Shown: one piece after another, positions 12,200 to 26,082 of the stretch | Position numbering within the stretch: the first letter of the stretch is position 1 | Layout: each line of letters starts with the position of its first letter | Source of the DNA: Gnetum montanum | Taxonomy: Eukaryota > Plantae > Gnetophyta | Assembly: GCA_015680685.1 (NCBI GenBank) | Contig: MNCI01001817.1 | Location: forward strand, 112,988-176,987 | DNA length: 64,000 bases | Reading direction: 5' to 3' | Program-made: the position numbers and the translations under genes | The notes under the pieces: model-generated | Database searches by the model: none | Told to the model about the DNA's origin: nothing | Seen by the model: only the letters and a program-made list of their open reading frames with translations

Positions 12200-15100
12200 T
12201 AGGGGTTGAAGTGAACCCCCACTTATGAAGTTTGATCTCATGGACACATACAACATCATCTATAAATAAATCCTTCAAATGGATCAAGTGCTCATTCCTC
12301 ATCATTCTCCAAGTACTTAAACCTTCCCTCTACTTGAGTACAATTTTTGTTCTTTTCCATCAATGACTTGGATTGATTATTAGTCCCTTTCAACTCATCA
12401 ATGCTATCCTATATGGTCTTCTCATCAAATGGTCCATTATAGTGCATAAGATCCTAAAACAAAAAACAAAAAACATACTAACATTGTTTAGTAAATAAGT
12501 TTTAAAAGCATTGTCATCAATCTCGACCTTAGTTTTGAAAGGCTTCATCTTCTTAGCTTTGAACATAGAGAAGTTAACACCTCTCATTATTTTTTTACAA
12601 GTGTATCTAAAGAAAGTCACCAATAGTGAAATTTGACATCCATTCTCTCATTCCTCTTGAGGACTATCTTTTTATCCTTCTTCTCAAGATTTTATTTTAC
12701 TTATACATAGAGATTCCTCATATGTTATACAAAATCAGTACTAAGTTAAGCTTCACCATCAAATCTCTTCAAAGTGTTCACCATCTTAGGACAAAAATCA
12801 TATTTCATCTCAAATGGGCTTTTATCAATGGAAACATGAAATTGATTATTATTAGAAAACTCATCTTGACATAATAAGTTTTCACACCTATTTGGCTATT
12901 CATCACACAAACATCTCAATATGTTCAGCAAGGATTTATTCATCACCTCTATTTGGCCATCAAATTATGAATGATATGCACTAGAAATATTTAATTTTAT
13001 TCCTAAAATTTTCCAAAGGAATCTCCAAAAGTGACCAGTAAATTTGGTGTCTCTATCATTACCAATATTCAAAGAAATTCAATGCAACTTCACAACATGT
13101 TGGAAAAATAAATTTTTTACATGAGAAACATTCCTTACCTTTTTGCATAGAATTAAGTATATAATATTGAAGAACTTGTTTACAATAATAAAAAGTACAT
13201 TGTTCCTATTATTGGTTCTTGGAATACCATTCACATAAAATTCTTATATATACTTTTCCATGGATTCTTGGAAATTGGAAAAGGCATATAAAGTCCATTC
13301 ATTACTTTACCTTCTTCAAACTTCTGATAAGTTAAATACTCTTGCATAAATTTTAAAACTTTAGTGATCATACCTTGCCAAAAATAGTACCTATCCACAA
13401 GTTTCACTTTTTTTATTCTTGGTCATGTGACCTTCCATGCCATTATAATGCTTTTTAAACAAAATATTTTTCCTAGAATTATAATTATGAACACTTACCT
13501 TTTTGTAAGAAAAGCTGAAATTTAACACATATATTTTAGATAATGAATCAGCCACACATTAGCTTTTCCACTTTTACACTCCTCCTTTGGCACAAGTACT
13601 ATCAGAACTACATAAGGTAAAATGGATTTTCTTACGAAGCCATTTGGAAGTAACTCCTCTACTTGTCTTTTCAGTTCAACCCTATAATTTAATGCCATAT
13701 GATATGCTCTCTCATTTGGAATAGTGGCACTAAGGATTAAATCAATTTGATGTTGTACATTCCTCATTAGTGGTAATCCATCCAATTTCTCCATGAATAC
13801 CTTTTAAAATTTGCCCTTCAAGCCTAGCACACCTATAGGAAGTTTAACTTGCACATCATCATGGTGAGAAGAAAATTTTGATATAACAAAAAATCCAAAA
13901 TCTATTTCATCATATTCCTCAATATATTCCCTCTCTCCTAGAAGGCTTAAGGAATCATTAAGTAAGCTTTGTACCTCACTTAATTAGCTATCATGGAAAT
14001 TAATTCATGGTTAGATCTAGCTACACTCCATACATTTATTGATCCATCAAATTAAGCATCATTGTTAAAATTCCAAGATCTACTAAGAATTACATCAGCA
14101 CAATTAAGTGGAAGCACATCACATTTCACATTATCATTAAAATTCCAAATTTTAAATTTCAAAGTACATTGTTCCCTCACATTTTCAGAGAAATATCTAT
14201 GAAATCAATCCACCTTATAGGGTCTAGGATAAGGATTAGTTACCAAACCAATCTTACAACTATCCTATAAGAAATAACATTTCTTACACTTTTCTATCAA
14301 TCAAAACATGAATCCATTACCCACTATGCAAATATCTAGTCCTAATCAAAAATAACATTTTTCCATCAAGATGATCTCCTCTATTCACATTCTCTATGAA
14401 TGCATAAAAATTTAATTTAAAAACTTCCTCAATCTTGAAAGCACTATAATTACCTCTTTGAAGAGCTTGGCTTGATGTCTCTACCACCTTTATGGTTTGC
14501 ATATCCTTGTTCTTGGCTACCTTGTGAAGCACATATTCTTATTACTTATGTTCCCATTATCCACACTTTAAGTATTGAATCTTAGATGAGTTGCTACCTT
14601 GACCCTTGCCTTCCTTATGTTGGTCCTTCATAGCTTTACCCTTCTCATCACTCTCCTCTATCTTCTTTTCATGATTAGTATTCTTCTCTTTAGATTTGGA
14701 TATGGATCCTTTCTCCTTCTCCTCCTTGAAAGTCTGTTTTCTTCTAATTTCAAATTCACTTAGTTTCTTATCTACCTTGAGTGCCAAATCATAAGTCTCA
14801 TCAAGAGTTGTGACTTATAAAAAGACATATTTTTTTGGTATACCATTTTGAGACCTTCTAGAAAGATTGAAGTCTATTCATACTCTTCCTAGTTTACCTT
14901 ATCTTGATGAAATGGAACACAAAATTTGATGTAGAATTCTTTTACATTCTTATTATCTTTCCTTAGGAATTTCAATTTCATGATGATATATTATTCCTAA
15001 TGAGATTTTTCAAATCTTCTTCTTAACTTGTACTTCATTAGATTCCAATCTTTGATGGGTTGATTAATTTATCTTTCATATCCTTGGGACTTCTTTTTCC

Positions 15101-15600
15101 TAGTAAGTTGAATTCATTCCTTCTAATTTGGATTCAAATATAGATATCCTCAAGTAATTTTCTATCTCTTCCAACTCAAAGTATTTGTTAACTACCTTTA
15201 TCCTTCTTAAAAAAGAATTGGTATCATCTACATCATTGAAAGTCCTTAATTCAATGTACAAATTTCTTGCATCATTATGGAATCCTCCAATAATTCTTAC
15301 TTCATCCTTCTCATTAAACTTGCTATTAGAAGAAGTAGAGGCTGGCAATTGAGCTCTTGGAATCCTCATTTCAAAAATAGGATTTTCTCCCATTAGAATC
15401 CTTAGATGATAGGTTCTAACACTATCATAGCTGGATTGTTGTTCCTGATCATTCCCTTCACCTAGATATGAAACTTCTTCATCATTCAAACATGAATGCT
15501 CATAATCTTCACATTTTGTAATATGGCAAGGATTGGTAGTTCTATCTATATTTTCACCAATTTCATCCAACGAAGAAACTATCAGTTAGAAGGTATAATT
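12200..15600 (-). pseudogene. gag-pol: gag-PR-(RT/RH deleted)-INT polyprotein pseudogene
   Basis: ORF-track fragments 15100-15570, 14557-14787, 14317-14532, 13522-13794, 12390-12623; integrase remnants GHMTKNK…DRYYFWQGM and GLYMPFPISKNPW. Confidence 0.8.
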
Positions 15601-15739
15601 CATGCTTTCCATGTCTTTATTCAAGGATTTCATCTATTTTTTTGTGTCATTTTAATTTGATAAAATTCTCAATTAAGTACAAGTAGCAATCAACCTAAAG
15701 CACTAATAGCAACAATTTGCTAGTGTAGATTTACTTAAA

Positions 15740-17221
15740 TGAAAAATCACCTTGAATCCTGCTAAATCTAGATATTATAAAAAGATAAGTAATATGGTAG
15801 AAAACAAGAAGACTAGCTATCTTTAGTTATTAAAGAGAAGGTTACAACAAGGTTCCAAAATCCAAAGAACATCCAAAATATTCTCAACACATACGATATT
15901 GCAAAGCATGAGGATTTATAATCACAAAATGATTGTTCTTAATGTAAGATACAAGTAATATAGAATCTCTCCCACAAACTGGGACTAAAATCTCAACATA
16001 CAAGTAACACAAAGAACACACATGCCAATATATCATAAAATTAACCTTAAAGCTATAACCACATATGTACTCAATCAATGTGCTATCTCACACTCTTGCT
16101 CAAGCTCATCTCATGAACTTTCATGTCATCTCCTTTAACATCCCTTAGTCATATAAGCATGGAGCATACTAATATTTATTGGTAAAGAGAAAAAAGATAC
16201 GTAGATATCATTTTACAACTCAACATAAGAATCTTTAGCTATTTCCATATTTTTCCATCTTATCCTAGCTATTTCTTGAATTGAAATAGGTAATTTTAGA
16301 AGCTTTCTCATCTTTGATCTTTCTTGGTCGTCTTCTGTTAAAATAGGGAATGCATGCAGGACATCTCTTCTTGTCCTAAGACTTCTCCTCTAGAGCTAAG
16401 ACATCTCAACCGTACTTGTGATGTCTTAGTATTTTCTAAGATGTTCCATACTCAACTAGGATGTCTCATTTGGAATGACTATTAAACATCTCATGAAGTA
16501 TCAAAACTATAATGTCCCCATTCCCAAATGTTGCTATTGCATAATAAATATGGTGCCTCTTCATAACAAGTGTTATCTTTATCATAACAAGACTTGAAAG
16601 GGCCTGTTGTAATTGAGACCCGAAAGGGTGCATTGTAATAATGGACATGTCTCTCAAGGTGACCTTTGGGGGGTTTGACCTAAGGCATTTATACTCAGGC
16701 TTAGAGGTCATGCTAGCATGGAGTGGTGGAGCCAATAAAGGCAAGTCATAGGTGCTGGGTGAAGTGGAATAGGAAGTAGATTGGCCATCCCTTCTCGCTA
16801 GTTGTAGGCCTAATCATGATGGCAGTGTTGGATTGCCTCTAAGGGATAGATGCTAAAGGAAAAGAACCCCAAGGAACACTTTGAGAGCATGATCTAGATA
16901 CATTATTCCACATCCATAAAGCACCCTTTCTCCTTTTCCTTTTGCATTTTCCCTATTATTTTCTTATGCATACTGTTGAATGTTACATATATTTGAAATT
17001 TAATGTATTGTCTTCTTTTGCAAAATGCTTAATATAATGTATATTTGACCTTTTCCATGACATCTAGGAATAGGATGTCACACAAACATCTCCTTTAAGA
17101 GCCCAGATCTTAGACAAGGCATCTTTGTAACCTCCAACATGTCTCCATAGAGCAAAAAACCTACAAAAACAACATAAAAGGAAGAGAACAAGAACATTGA
17201 AAGAGATTTTCATATACCACA
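15740..17221 (-). repeat. 5' LTR of the CRM-like element, split by an insertion at 16508-17082
   Basis: Similarity to the 3' LTR stops at ~16507 and resumes at ~17083. Confidence 0.8.
16508..17082 (-). mobile_element. Nested solo LTR-like element with ~25-bp imperfect terminal inverted repeats
   Basis: Interrupts the host LTR; flanks AAAAC / CAAAC (TSD with one mismatch); left end TATAATGTCCCCATTCCCAAATGTTG resembles the reverse complement of the right end TGTGACATCCTATTCCTAGATGTCA; second copy at 19.34-19.75 kb. Strand is tentative. Confidence 0.75.
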
Positions 17222-17899
17222 TGGAAAGATCATAAAATTTATTTTTAATGCTTTCCCTTAAATCATGCCTTAAGATCCTTGGAAGGTCAATCTAACTTAA
17301 TCAGGCATTCAATATACATTGCTAATATATAAATAATTTTCTTAAACATTTTTAGTATTTTGAATCTAATGGTAAGATCATATTAGTCATTAAAAAACAA
17401 TAATTAGATAATATTTTAAACTGTGTTCTACAAGGCTCGTACCTTAAATCAACAAACCATGTTTAACAATTGATAATTAGAACTAGTAATATAACCATTC
17501 TAGTCATCATGAGCCTTAAGATTAGATAACTAAGTTATAATTATTGTTAAATCTACATAATGGTTAGTATTATTAGTTACACTACCAAAGTCAATGTCCT
17601 ATAAACCAATCTAGGACATTAACAATCTAGGAAATATGGCCAAAAAATTACCAAACCAATAAACCAAGTAGTTGAAGAATTAGTTGAAAAACAAAAATGG
17701 CAAGGATGATTTATATCAATCTCACCACCAATTAAATCATTTGTAAAAATCTATGATTATAAAGAATCATAACCTTATTCTATCAAGGTGTATGATACCC
17801 GTATGAAGAAATGAATTAGGAGAAAATTAAAAAATAAGTTTGAAGATCATAACATATAATGTGCTTGCAAGATTCCTAGCTAATGAAAGATAATACCTA

Positions 17900-18860
17900 C
17901 TATGTCCATCATGGATCTTGGATTGGCACAAGGACTGATATCCACATGTTATTATAGAATTATAAGATTTGAATGATAATGTCTTATGTCTACAAGAAGT
18001 CATGTCATGAGGATTTCTATATTAGTTCTAATCTAATTTGAGAAAATTGGGATAAGAAGTTGTCTATGATCAAAAAGGTTCTTGTGGTGGTTCTTCCTTT
18101 AAGGCATATATACTAGCCTATTGTAGGAACCATAATAAGGATAATTACGTGATTTTCTACAAGAAATATAAGTTTAACTTAATATAAAGATCTTAATGGA
18201 GATTAGAAGACATGATTTTTAAAATTCCAAAACTCCAAGTCTTGAACAAGATAGAAAAATTAACATTCTAGAAAAGCCATATAGCCTTAAGATTGATAGT
18301 TAAAATCTTATCATTAGGAAGATGTGTATGTGGAATTAACACATATTTAATTACTGATATAAATTTTCCTAGATATTAGAATTTAGTCTTCCTAACCTGT
18401 GCTAGTATCAACCTAGTGCCATTAATCCTTTATGAAGAACTCAATGTAAAAGCTAAAACTAGTATTTATCAATTCTTAAATATAAAATAATGAAAGAGTC
18501 CTTGGAAGAGAAAATTGATTTCAAGAAGATGTTTCCATTCATTTACCATATCATTCCATTGAGCAGTGCATCCTCTACCTACTTTGAAGCTTCAGTATAC
18601 AAGTTAATTCCAAAATTTAAGAACAAAGTATGATAAATAATAATGTCCTCTAGAATCATAGGTTACTAATTACTTTATCATGATTACTAAAGATGGCTCA
18701 ACATCCTTCTTCCTCAAGATTCTAGATTAAATTTGGTATGATACTTATTTCTTTTAAGTCATTAAAGTATTAAATTCAAATCCTAACAGAGAATATGAAG
18801 AGTAAGAACAAGCTCTATCATCTCAAATGAAACCATCCAATGTTATAGTCTTTATTAAAG
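17900..18860 (+). pseudogene. LINE apurinic-type endonuclease remnant
   Basis: DNVLCLQEV (~17975-18001), ITDINF (GDFN-like), DSRLN (SRLD-like) and NHPML (SDH.P-like) in the expected order. Confidence 0.5.
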
Positions 18861-19337
18861 AATTGCAACGATATTCCTTAATTTTTGAGGTTGATGAAAA
18901 TTAGGAAGTTTCTGAAGTTACTTTTCTTTTTTTATTTATCTAATTTATATTTTAAATTAGTTAAGTAAAATATATTAGTAATACAAGTGAAAAAAAAAGA
19001 TCTATCCTACCTTCACGTGGATAATCAAAGATATGAGTTGCACCTTTTGTAACATTGGTTAGGATTGGTTATTTATGGTTAATAGACCTTTAAGTCATCT
19101 CTTGTCATTACCTAAAAATTAAGATAAGTTGTTGAAAAAATAAGATTTATTTCCCACATATTCCTCTCATTCATATGTTTATTTACAAAATATGCAAGGG
19201 AAATCTAAAATATTAAACCTTACTTCAAAAGAAAAAATCATAGCATTGGAGAATTGAAGCATGAAAGAAGAACTAGAGCATTAATAAATATCCTTAATGC
19301 AGATCTGTTCAAGGATGAAATAAAGCTAAGGAGGATA

Positions 19338-19752
19338 GTTTTCATGTTCCCATTTCCAAATTTGAGACATTCCATAATAAATATAGTGTTGCTTTTTAGC
19401 AAATGATGCAATTATTATAATAAGATCTAAAAAGGCACATTCTAATAATGGACATGTCTCTTAAGGTAACCTTTAGTGGTTTGACATGAGATGTTTATAC
19501 AGGGGAATTAGAGTTCATTCTAGAAAGAAGTTTTAGAGCTAGTAAAGACAACAAACAAGTTTTGGATAAAGATACATGCTAAAGGAAGAAAATCCCTAAA
19601 ACCCTTTCAACATGATCCATATACACTATTTACACATTAATAATTCTTCCTTTTTATTTTCTTCTACATTTTCCCTATCACATTTAATATGCATAATACC
19701 GAATGTTACATATATTGACATTTATCATAGCATCTAGAAATGTGATGTTTCA
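19338..19752 (-). mobile_element. Second, more decayed copy of the 16508-17082 element
   Basis: Shared blocks CATAATAAATAT, TAATAATGGACATGTCTCT, ATGCTAAAGGAA, GAATGTTACATATATT and a similar terminus. Confidence 0.75.
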
Positions 19753-19849
19753 CATAGATAATACTAAAAAGTAAAGTTTAATTTAGCTAATAACTCTATT
19801 TATTTTCATTATCATAAATGTAATTGAAACTAATTTATAATGTATTGGA

Positions 19850-20800
19850 ATTCCTTATGATTAATGTATAAAATAATTTTCTCTCTAAATAAGTAGTACC
19901 TCAACATCCTCAAAGAGAAAAGAATAGCTCCAAGCTCCCAATTATGTGATAGATATCTATTCTTATGTTTTTTGCAATTTTGGCAAAATCTCCACAAACC
20001 TTATATGATAATCCTTTCAAGCTAAAAAAACTTCTAACTTCTAAAACTAGCTTACGTATTAATTCTTTTTGAAACTCCCTAGTCTTTTCAGGACCTACAA
20101 ATATACTTTCTTCAAATCACAACATGTCCTAAGAACTATATTTTCATTAGCTAATTAAAAAAATCTTCAGTACAAGGTAGAGAATACTTATTCTTAATAG
20201 TCAACTGATTTAGTCATATGCAGTCAACATGCGTCCTTATAGTACCCTTCTTCTTTAGAAATAACACTAGTGCTTCCCACAAAGAAGTTATGTCTGATTA
20301 AACTCTTATCCATCAATTTGTATAGATGTTTTTTAAACCCCACCAATTTCATATGTGACATTTAGTATGATGCCTTAAATACAGGTTGCATACTAGGTTT
20401 CAAATCTATACCAAACTCATCTCTCTTCTAGAAGACATCCCTAGTAATTCACTTTTGAAAATATCTTCAAGTACATGAACTACAGAAATCTCTTTAATAT
20501 CAACTTCCTTACTTTCGTATACAGTATTAACTCCCTAGGCTATGTTGCTAGCTTATGGAAATATCCTAGGTAGACTTGATGTTTTCTAAAAAAATCAACT
20601 TAAGGCTTTAATTTATCCCTCTCTAATTTTCTTTTTCTTTAACTACCAAATTTAACCTCATCTTAAGACTTCAATTCATATTAGGAAAATCATATTATGA
20701 CATAGGTAGTTTGTTATTTTTTTTTCTTTTACTCCAACTTGTATCTTTTGGAGAAAAATCCTTTATCTTCATTTTCTACATAATTTTAATATATCCCAAG
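19850..20800 (-). mobile_element. Ty3/gypsy (Tekay-like) PR-RT fragment with internal deletion
   Basis: Minus-strand EDIFKSELLGMSSRRDEFGIDLKPSMQPVFKASY*M, EALVLFLKK, FLGHVV, GDFAKIAK. Confidence 0.75.
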
Positions 20801-21389
20801 AAAGAAGTTATTTAATATGCGTTCAAAAAGAAAGGTTACCATGCATTTTTTTATCATTTTATGCATTATGTTATGGCCAACTTACATAATATCAAATGGG
20901 GTTATTAATGGACATGTGATCCACTCTTATTGGTAGTATCTCATTTTATAAACTTAACAAGCCATTAGTTACAAATTACTACTATCCCCAATTACTTAAA
21001 CCTCTTCAAATTTGAATTATGGATTCTCCAACTTAATAACATTGTTTTTTATATACCAAAGTTATTTATGAAAAGTTATATGAAATATTGTTCATATCCT
21101 CTTGAGAAAGTAAAATGATTTATAAATCAACTTTCTATTACTGAAAATCCATAGTCTTCATGCTCAATAAGACTATAGTTGTGAAACCATAATGTCACAC
21201 CCTTAACCTAAACTTAGAAAAGAAGTGTATAGAATGATGATACATGAAAAAATAAAGGAAGATCATGTGACACCATAGGAGTTCTAGCTTCTAAACGTTT
21301 CTATTTGATGTAAAAATTACAAGCTCTGTTGGGCTATAATATTAGAAAATTTTAAATAAATAAAAAATCCTATTAGGCACATTAGGATG

Positions 21390-21568
21390 AAACTTGTGTA
21401 ATACAAAATATGGATAAATTTAAAAATTAAACTTGCCTAATACAAAAGATGGATAAATTTAAAAATTAAACTTGCATAATACAAAAGATGGACAAATTTA
21501 AAAATTAAACTTGCATAATACAAAAAATGGATAAATTTAAAAATTAAACTTGCATGATACAAAATATA
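21390..21568. repeat. 39-bp minisatellite, ~4.6 copies
   Basis: Unit AAACTTGCATAATACAAAAGATGGATAAATTTAAAAATT repeated head-to-tail with few substitutions. Confidence 0.95.
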
Positions 21569-24500
21569 GTTTAATTGTAAAATGGATTTTTATTCTCTCA
21601 TCTTACATTCTTTTTTACCATTTAAAAGTTAAAACATTATGTTTGCTAATGTTCTAGATTCCATGCATGATAAAATGTAAGAAATATCATTTTGTATATC
21701 AAAAACATTCATTTCAAATTATTTTTCATTTACTTGCAAAGGTCATTTTGAGTATTGCAGTGAATGAAAAAGATTGTAAAATGTTTTCTTTTAACTCATG
21801 CAAGTCCCATAAGTCATCAAAAGCTAGCTTTATTACGTAAATCCTTAGAAATATTCTTGAATAAATTAGAGAGTAAAGTATGCAAGTAAAAATTCAATGT
21901 GTAAATTCTTAAGCTTTTGTAGAATTATTTTAATAAAATTATTTTATGGATTTTTAAAATAACTTAATAAAATAAACTGGATCTAGTTGTGGAAATTTTT
22001 TATAAAGTGACTAAAGACTAAAAATAACTAGATCTAATAAATCCATTAATTAAAAATTCAAGAGCTAATAATAATCATCTCAATATTTTCAAATGTAATT
22101 TTAAAATAAAATCCAAATGCAAAAATTATAATTTTTATTCATATTGATAACAAAAATAATTTATTTTAAAAGATTGCTAAGAAGAGGAAATATTTATAAT
22201 GTTGGACCTACCTACTATGGTCTCACAAATTAAGAAAAATTTGTGTTTGTCTTCTACTGATAATTTTATTTTCCTTCCAACTAGATCTAGTTTTATAGTA
22301 TCCTTAGATGGCTAATAGTCCTCTTGGTCTTTCCTTGTCTTGCCTCTATTATCTTCACTTGATTTGCTAGTGTTGTTATCAATGAATTCCACTAGCATAT
22401 CCCCTTCTAGGTCTTCCTTCCTAGATGTTGAATGTTTATAGCAAATGATAATGGAATTCCTAAGAATGTGTTGGCTTGCATAGGAAAAAATTGGACATTA
22501 CTAGCCTTGAAATTATCTAGTGAAATTTTATTTTGGGAGTGATATTTCATTGTGATATAATTTTAATTTCATATTAAATTTTATTTTATTTTATATATCT
22601 AATAATAGAAATAAGACTCCATATCACATGTATGGTTTGACCTCTTACACCTAGAGGTAAACGTTATGGGCATGAAACTTATTATACATTTCATAGTTTA
22701 TCTCCTTAATGTCTTGGGTCTAACAATAAAATTCTAAAAGATTCTAGTCACAAGTATATAAATTAGAAGTCTAAAGAAAAAGCCCAACGATTTTAAGAAT
22801 TCCTTTCTGATTTTCATCCTTACAACTAATCCTAAAAAACCTTCCCTCTTGGATAGAAAAAGGATTAGGTCTTACTCTTATATAGAAGTATCCTTACAAT
22901 TTTTCACTTCTTGGTAAAAGGTTTCTTGTAAAGAGAAGAAGAAAACTTTCTGTAAAGATAAAAGAATAAATCAATTAGAAATAATAAACAAATAGTAACA
23001 AAGGTTGAAAGCTTCCCATCATTGAGCCTCCAAAACAAAAAGAAATTAATACTATGAAAAATTAATTATTTCTCTATCTTTCACTAAAATATTTTTTATT
23101 TGAGTCTATAGAAAAAAGGTGACATCTTTGAGAATTTGGTATTTAACTCTTAAAGAAAGATCATAATTATGCTCTTGGTACTAGAAAGTAACTACACCAA
23201 TGCTTCCAAGTAGAGTAGAGAACAAGGGATCAAAGACATATCCAAATGTAAATAAAGAAAGTATATAAAGTACATTGATCACTAAAATGACTTCATTAAT
23301 GGTTGATTAAAAGTTACTATAAGTTCTTGATGTCCATTTCCAAGAATGCCAAGCAATAAGATGTTCAAGAAAAACATGAGAAAATGAGTTTTCACTTCTG
23401 CAAAGAGGACATTCAAGAGACAGATTTCTTACATTTTTATACCAATTGATGATAGGAAGACCTTGATGAATAAAATATCATAAAAAATATTAATTTTTGA
23501 AAATGTAGGAGCTCTCCAAATGTCTTTCATTTTCTTCATCCAAAACTACAATAATAAATGCATTTTCTAGGTCTTATTAAATTTTTTATGAATAAAATCA
23601 TTCTTATAATAATCTCATAAGCAAATTTTGAATTAAAAGAAAAAAAATACTATCCTTCAAAAAAATATATTAAAAAGCTTGATTCAAATTGTTGTCAAGT
23701 TAAATAAATTGTAAAGATTAGAAGTTAAGTTTTCAAAACTTTTTCCTATTTCTATTGAAACCACAAAGGTTTAAAGTTTCATTCCATGTAATGCACATAT
23801 TATGTATACATGAATGTTAAATTTTTATAGCATTCATAATACAACATTGTTTTCTTAGAATCTTTTACATGGAGATATAATTTTTGTAATTGATGGTAAC
23901 ATCAAGATAGCTTAAAGATAACATTTTTTTATGTTCACAATTGATAACATTCATTTCTAAGGTTTTTTAATTCTCCTTACTCCTAATAACTATCATTTGT
24001 AACTATTGTTGTTACAAATTTCATGTTGCAACTTATCTTCACTTTGATTACTATGCATCATTAAGTTTCTTCTAACTTAACTACACAAAATTCTTTACTT
24101 TGCTAAGTCCCTCCTATCTTAGATTCACTATGATTTATGAAATACGTATTTTTAAGCCTTTTTCGTTCTTCATTATCATAACCTTCTAGATGGTCTTCTC
24201 TTCTTATTTAAGACACTAGCCTAGGCTTTGTTTGGTATAACTTGGACCTTATTTTTTTCTTTAAGAAACAAGATCCAATGATATAGGGATTGCATGTTTC
24301 TCCTATGACACTTCTTAACTTTAATTCAGTTCTTAAATTGCTTGATTGTGGTGCTTGGGTGCTTATTATGAATCCTGTACTTTATAACATCTTCCTGTGT
24401 CTCTTCACTTCCCTAAAAATGGATGTTCGATGACTCTTTCAACTCTTTAATTACAAAATTTATCATAAGTTATAATTCTTAACAATCATAACTCCATATT

Positions 24501-25074
24501 TAATTAATGTTTCATGTACATCTATGCTTCATAATTCACTATTATGACTCCATTATTCATGATTTTATAAGCATCACATTAATGTTATGATTACTTACGA
24601 TCTTATGTATTTACTTCATAGTTACTATTTTCATTCTTCTAAATGATAGTCCTCATTTTTGGTTAGCATTCATAAGCTCTTCTATCTTATTGTTGTAACT
24701 CATAAGTCGAAGTTTACTTATGATTGCTTTCTTCTTTGTAACATGATTTATAAGTATTTATTATAAAACTTTAGTTTATGCCATTTCTTCTTGTTTTTCT
24801 TCTTCATCCTTGAATATATTTTTCACATGTTCCTTTCTCTTTCCTTAGTCATGGTTATTCTTTCTATGGTATGATGTGTGTTATATATCATGATGATGAT
24901 GATTAGAAAAAACTAAATCCATGGCTTATATCTCTCGTACAAATTGACTAGTATTTATGAACTATTGTGTCTTTCCTTATGTTCATGAAATGTTACATTT
25001 ATTTATTAAAAACTTTTCATATTTTCATATGTTATTAATTAATGAATTGTAAATTGGTTGCATTAATTGGGCCT

Positions 25075-25911
25075 TGTTGACTAGGCCCCGTCGACACATG
25101 ATTTCATGCGTTGATGTGGTCCCAACAATGTAGTGTTTATTTTTGCCTATAAATACATGCTCACCTACCATGTTTATGACATATATATTTGTCATAGTGG
25201 TACCAAAGCTCTTGTGGTTTTGTCATTTGAAAGTTAGAATATTTTTCTAAGTGCCCATAGTAGGAGTAAAAGATTGTATGGATCTTTATTCAAGCACTAT
25301 TGTACTTGAGCATAGCATTGTGTGAGACAATAAAGATGAGCTTTCTGATAAACCTTGCAGCACTTTGAAATAGATTAATTGTTTACTTATGCATTTAATG
25401 TTTTATGCAATTTCTTTTAATACTTTTAGTAATTAAGATAAATTAAGCTAGATTAAATAGTAATTAATTAAGCACATAAGCATGACCACTTCAAGCATAC
25501 ACTTAACACTTGGTAATCCTAGTAACTCTTAACATTTGGTAACCTAGTAGCATTAAATGTGTTCAGGATGTGTATGACAAGTGGAAACAGATGCTTATAT
25601 TAGGATTAGTTAGGTGTAGCTAGTTAGATTAAGTTAGCAATTTAATTATCTTGTTTTATTCATTATTCTTCATCCTTAGGTGACTTAAAACATAAAATGT
25701 AAAAATGATAAAAATCATATGCCTCAATTGAACTTAACCATACCTTTGCATTTCACAAGTGTAATTGGGAAGATAATGATTCCAATTGTTAGTGTTACTT
25801 CTTAGAGACCTATGTTCTTAGAAGGCTATAAGTCCATGGAATTCGACTGGATTGCAAGTGAACACTTAGTGATTCGTATGGTTAAGTGTAGGGGATACTC
25901 ACTACTCAACA
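25075..25911 (+). repeat. 5' LTR
   Basis: TGTTGA...TCAACA termini; CCTATAAATA at ~25146-25155; homologous to 2438-3244. Confidence 0.85.
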
Positions 25912-25912
25912 T

Positions 25913-25930
25913 TGGCATCATTGCTAGGGA
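25913..25930 (+). promoter_or_regulatory. Primer-binding site, tRNA-Asp type (deaminated)
   Basis: TGGCATCATTGCTAGGGA differs from the Athila PBS TGGCGCCGTTGCCGGGGA only by C>T/G>A changes. Confidence 0.88.
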
Positions 25931-26082
25931 CTTGTAGTTTGATACATGTGCTATCTAGGACTTAGTGAATATTGTTTTGGATCATTGGATCAAATCCTAA
26001 TGTCATAATCATTAAAAAAAAAGAAATACATAATAATTAATCAAAAGTATACTACAAGCACACTAAGAAATTGTTTCTAACA

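Larger units (their letters stand above)
11190..17221 (-). mobile_element. Internally deleted Ty3/gypsy element (CRM-like), both LTRs present
   Basis: Direct repeats ~11190-12153 and ~15740-17221; PPT at 12154-12170; gag with knuckle remnant (YLKCG*WEH), CRM-type protease (PYPRPYKVD…VKCDVLPLNCADVILSRSW), RT start LPLMRNVQHQIDL, integrase 12.2-13.5 kb. Confidence 0.85.

Noticed and set aside
21390-21568. 39-bp minisatellite as a functional or coding repeat
   Set aside because: AT-rich, no flanking ORF or splice context; looks like an ordinary local expansion.
22200-25000. Possible copia gag or LINE remnants
   Set aside because: Only faint single motifs (knuckle-like at ~23390); too decayed to call.
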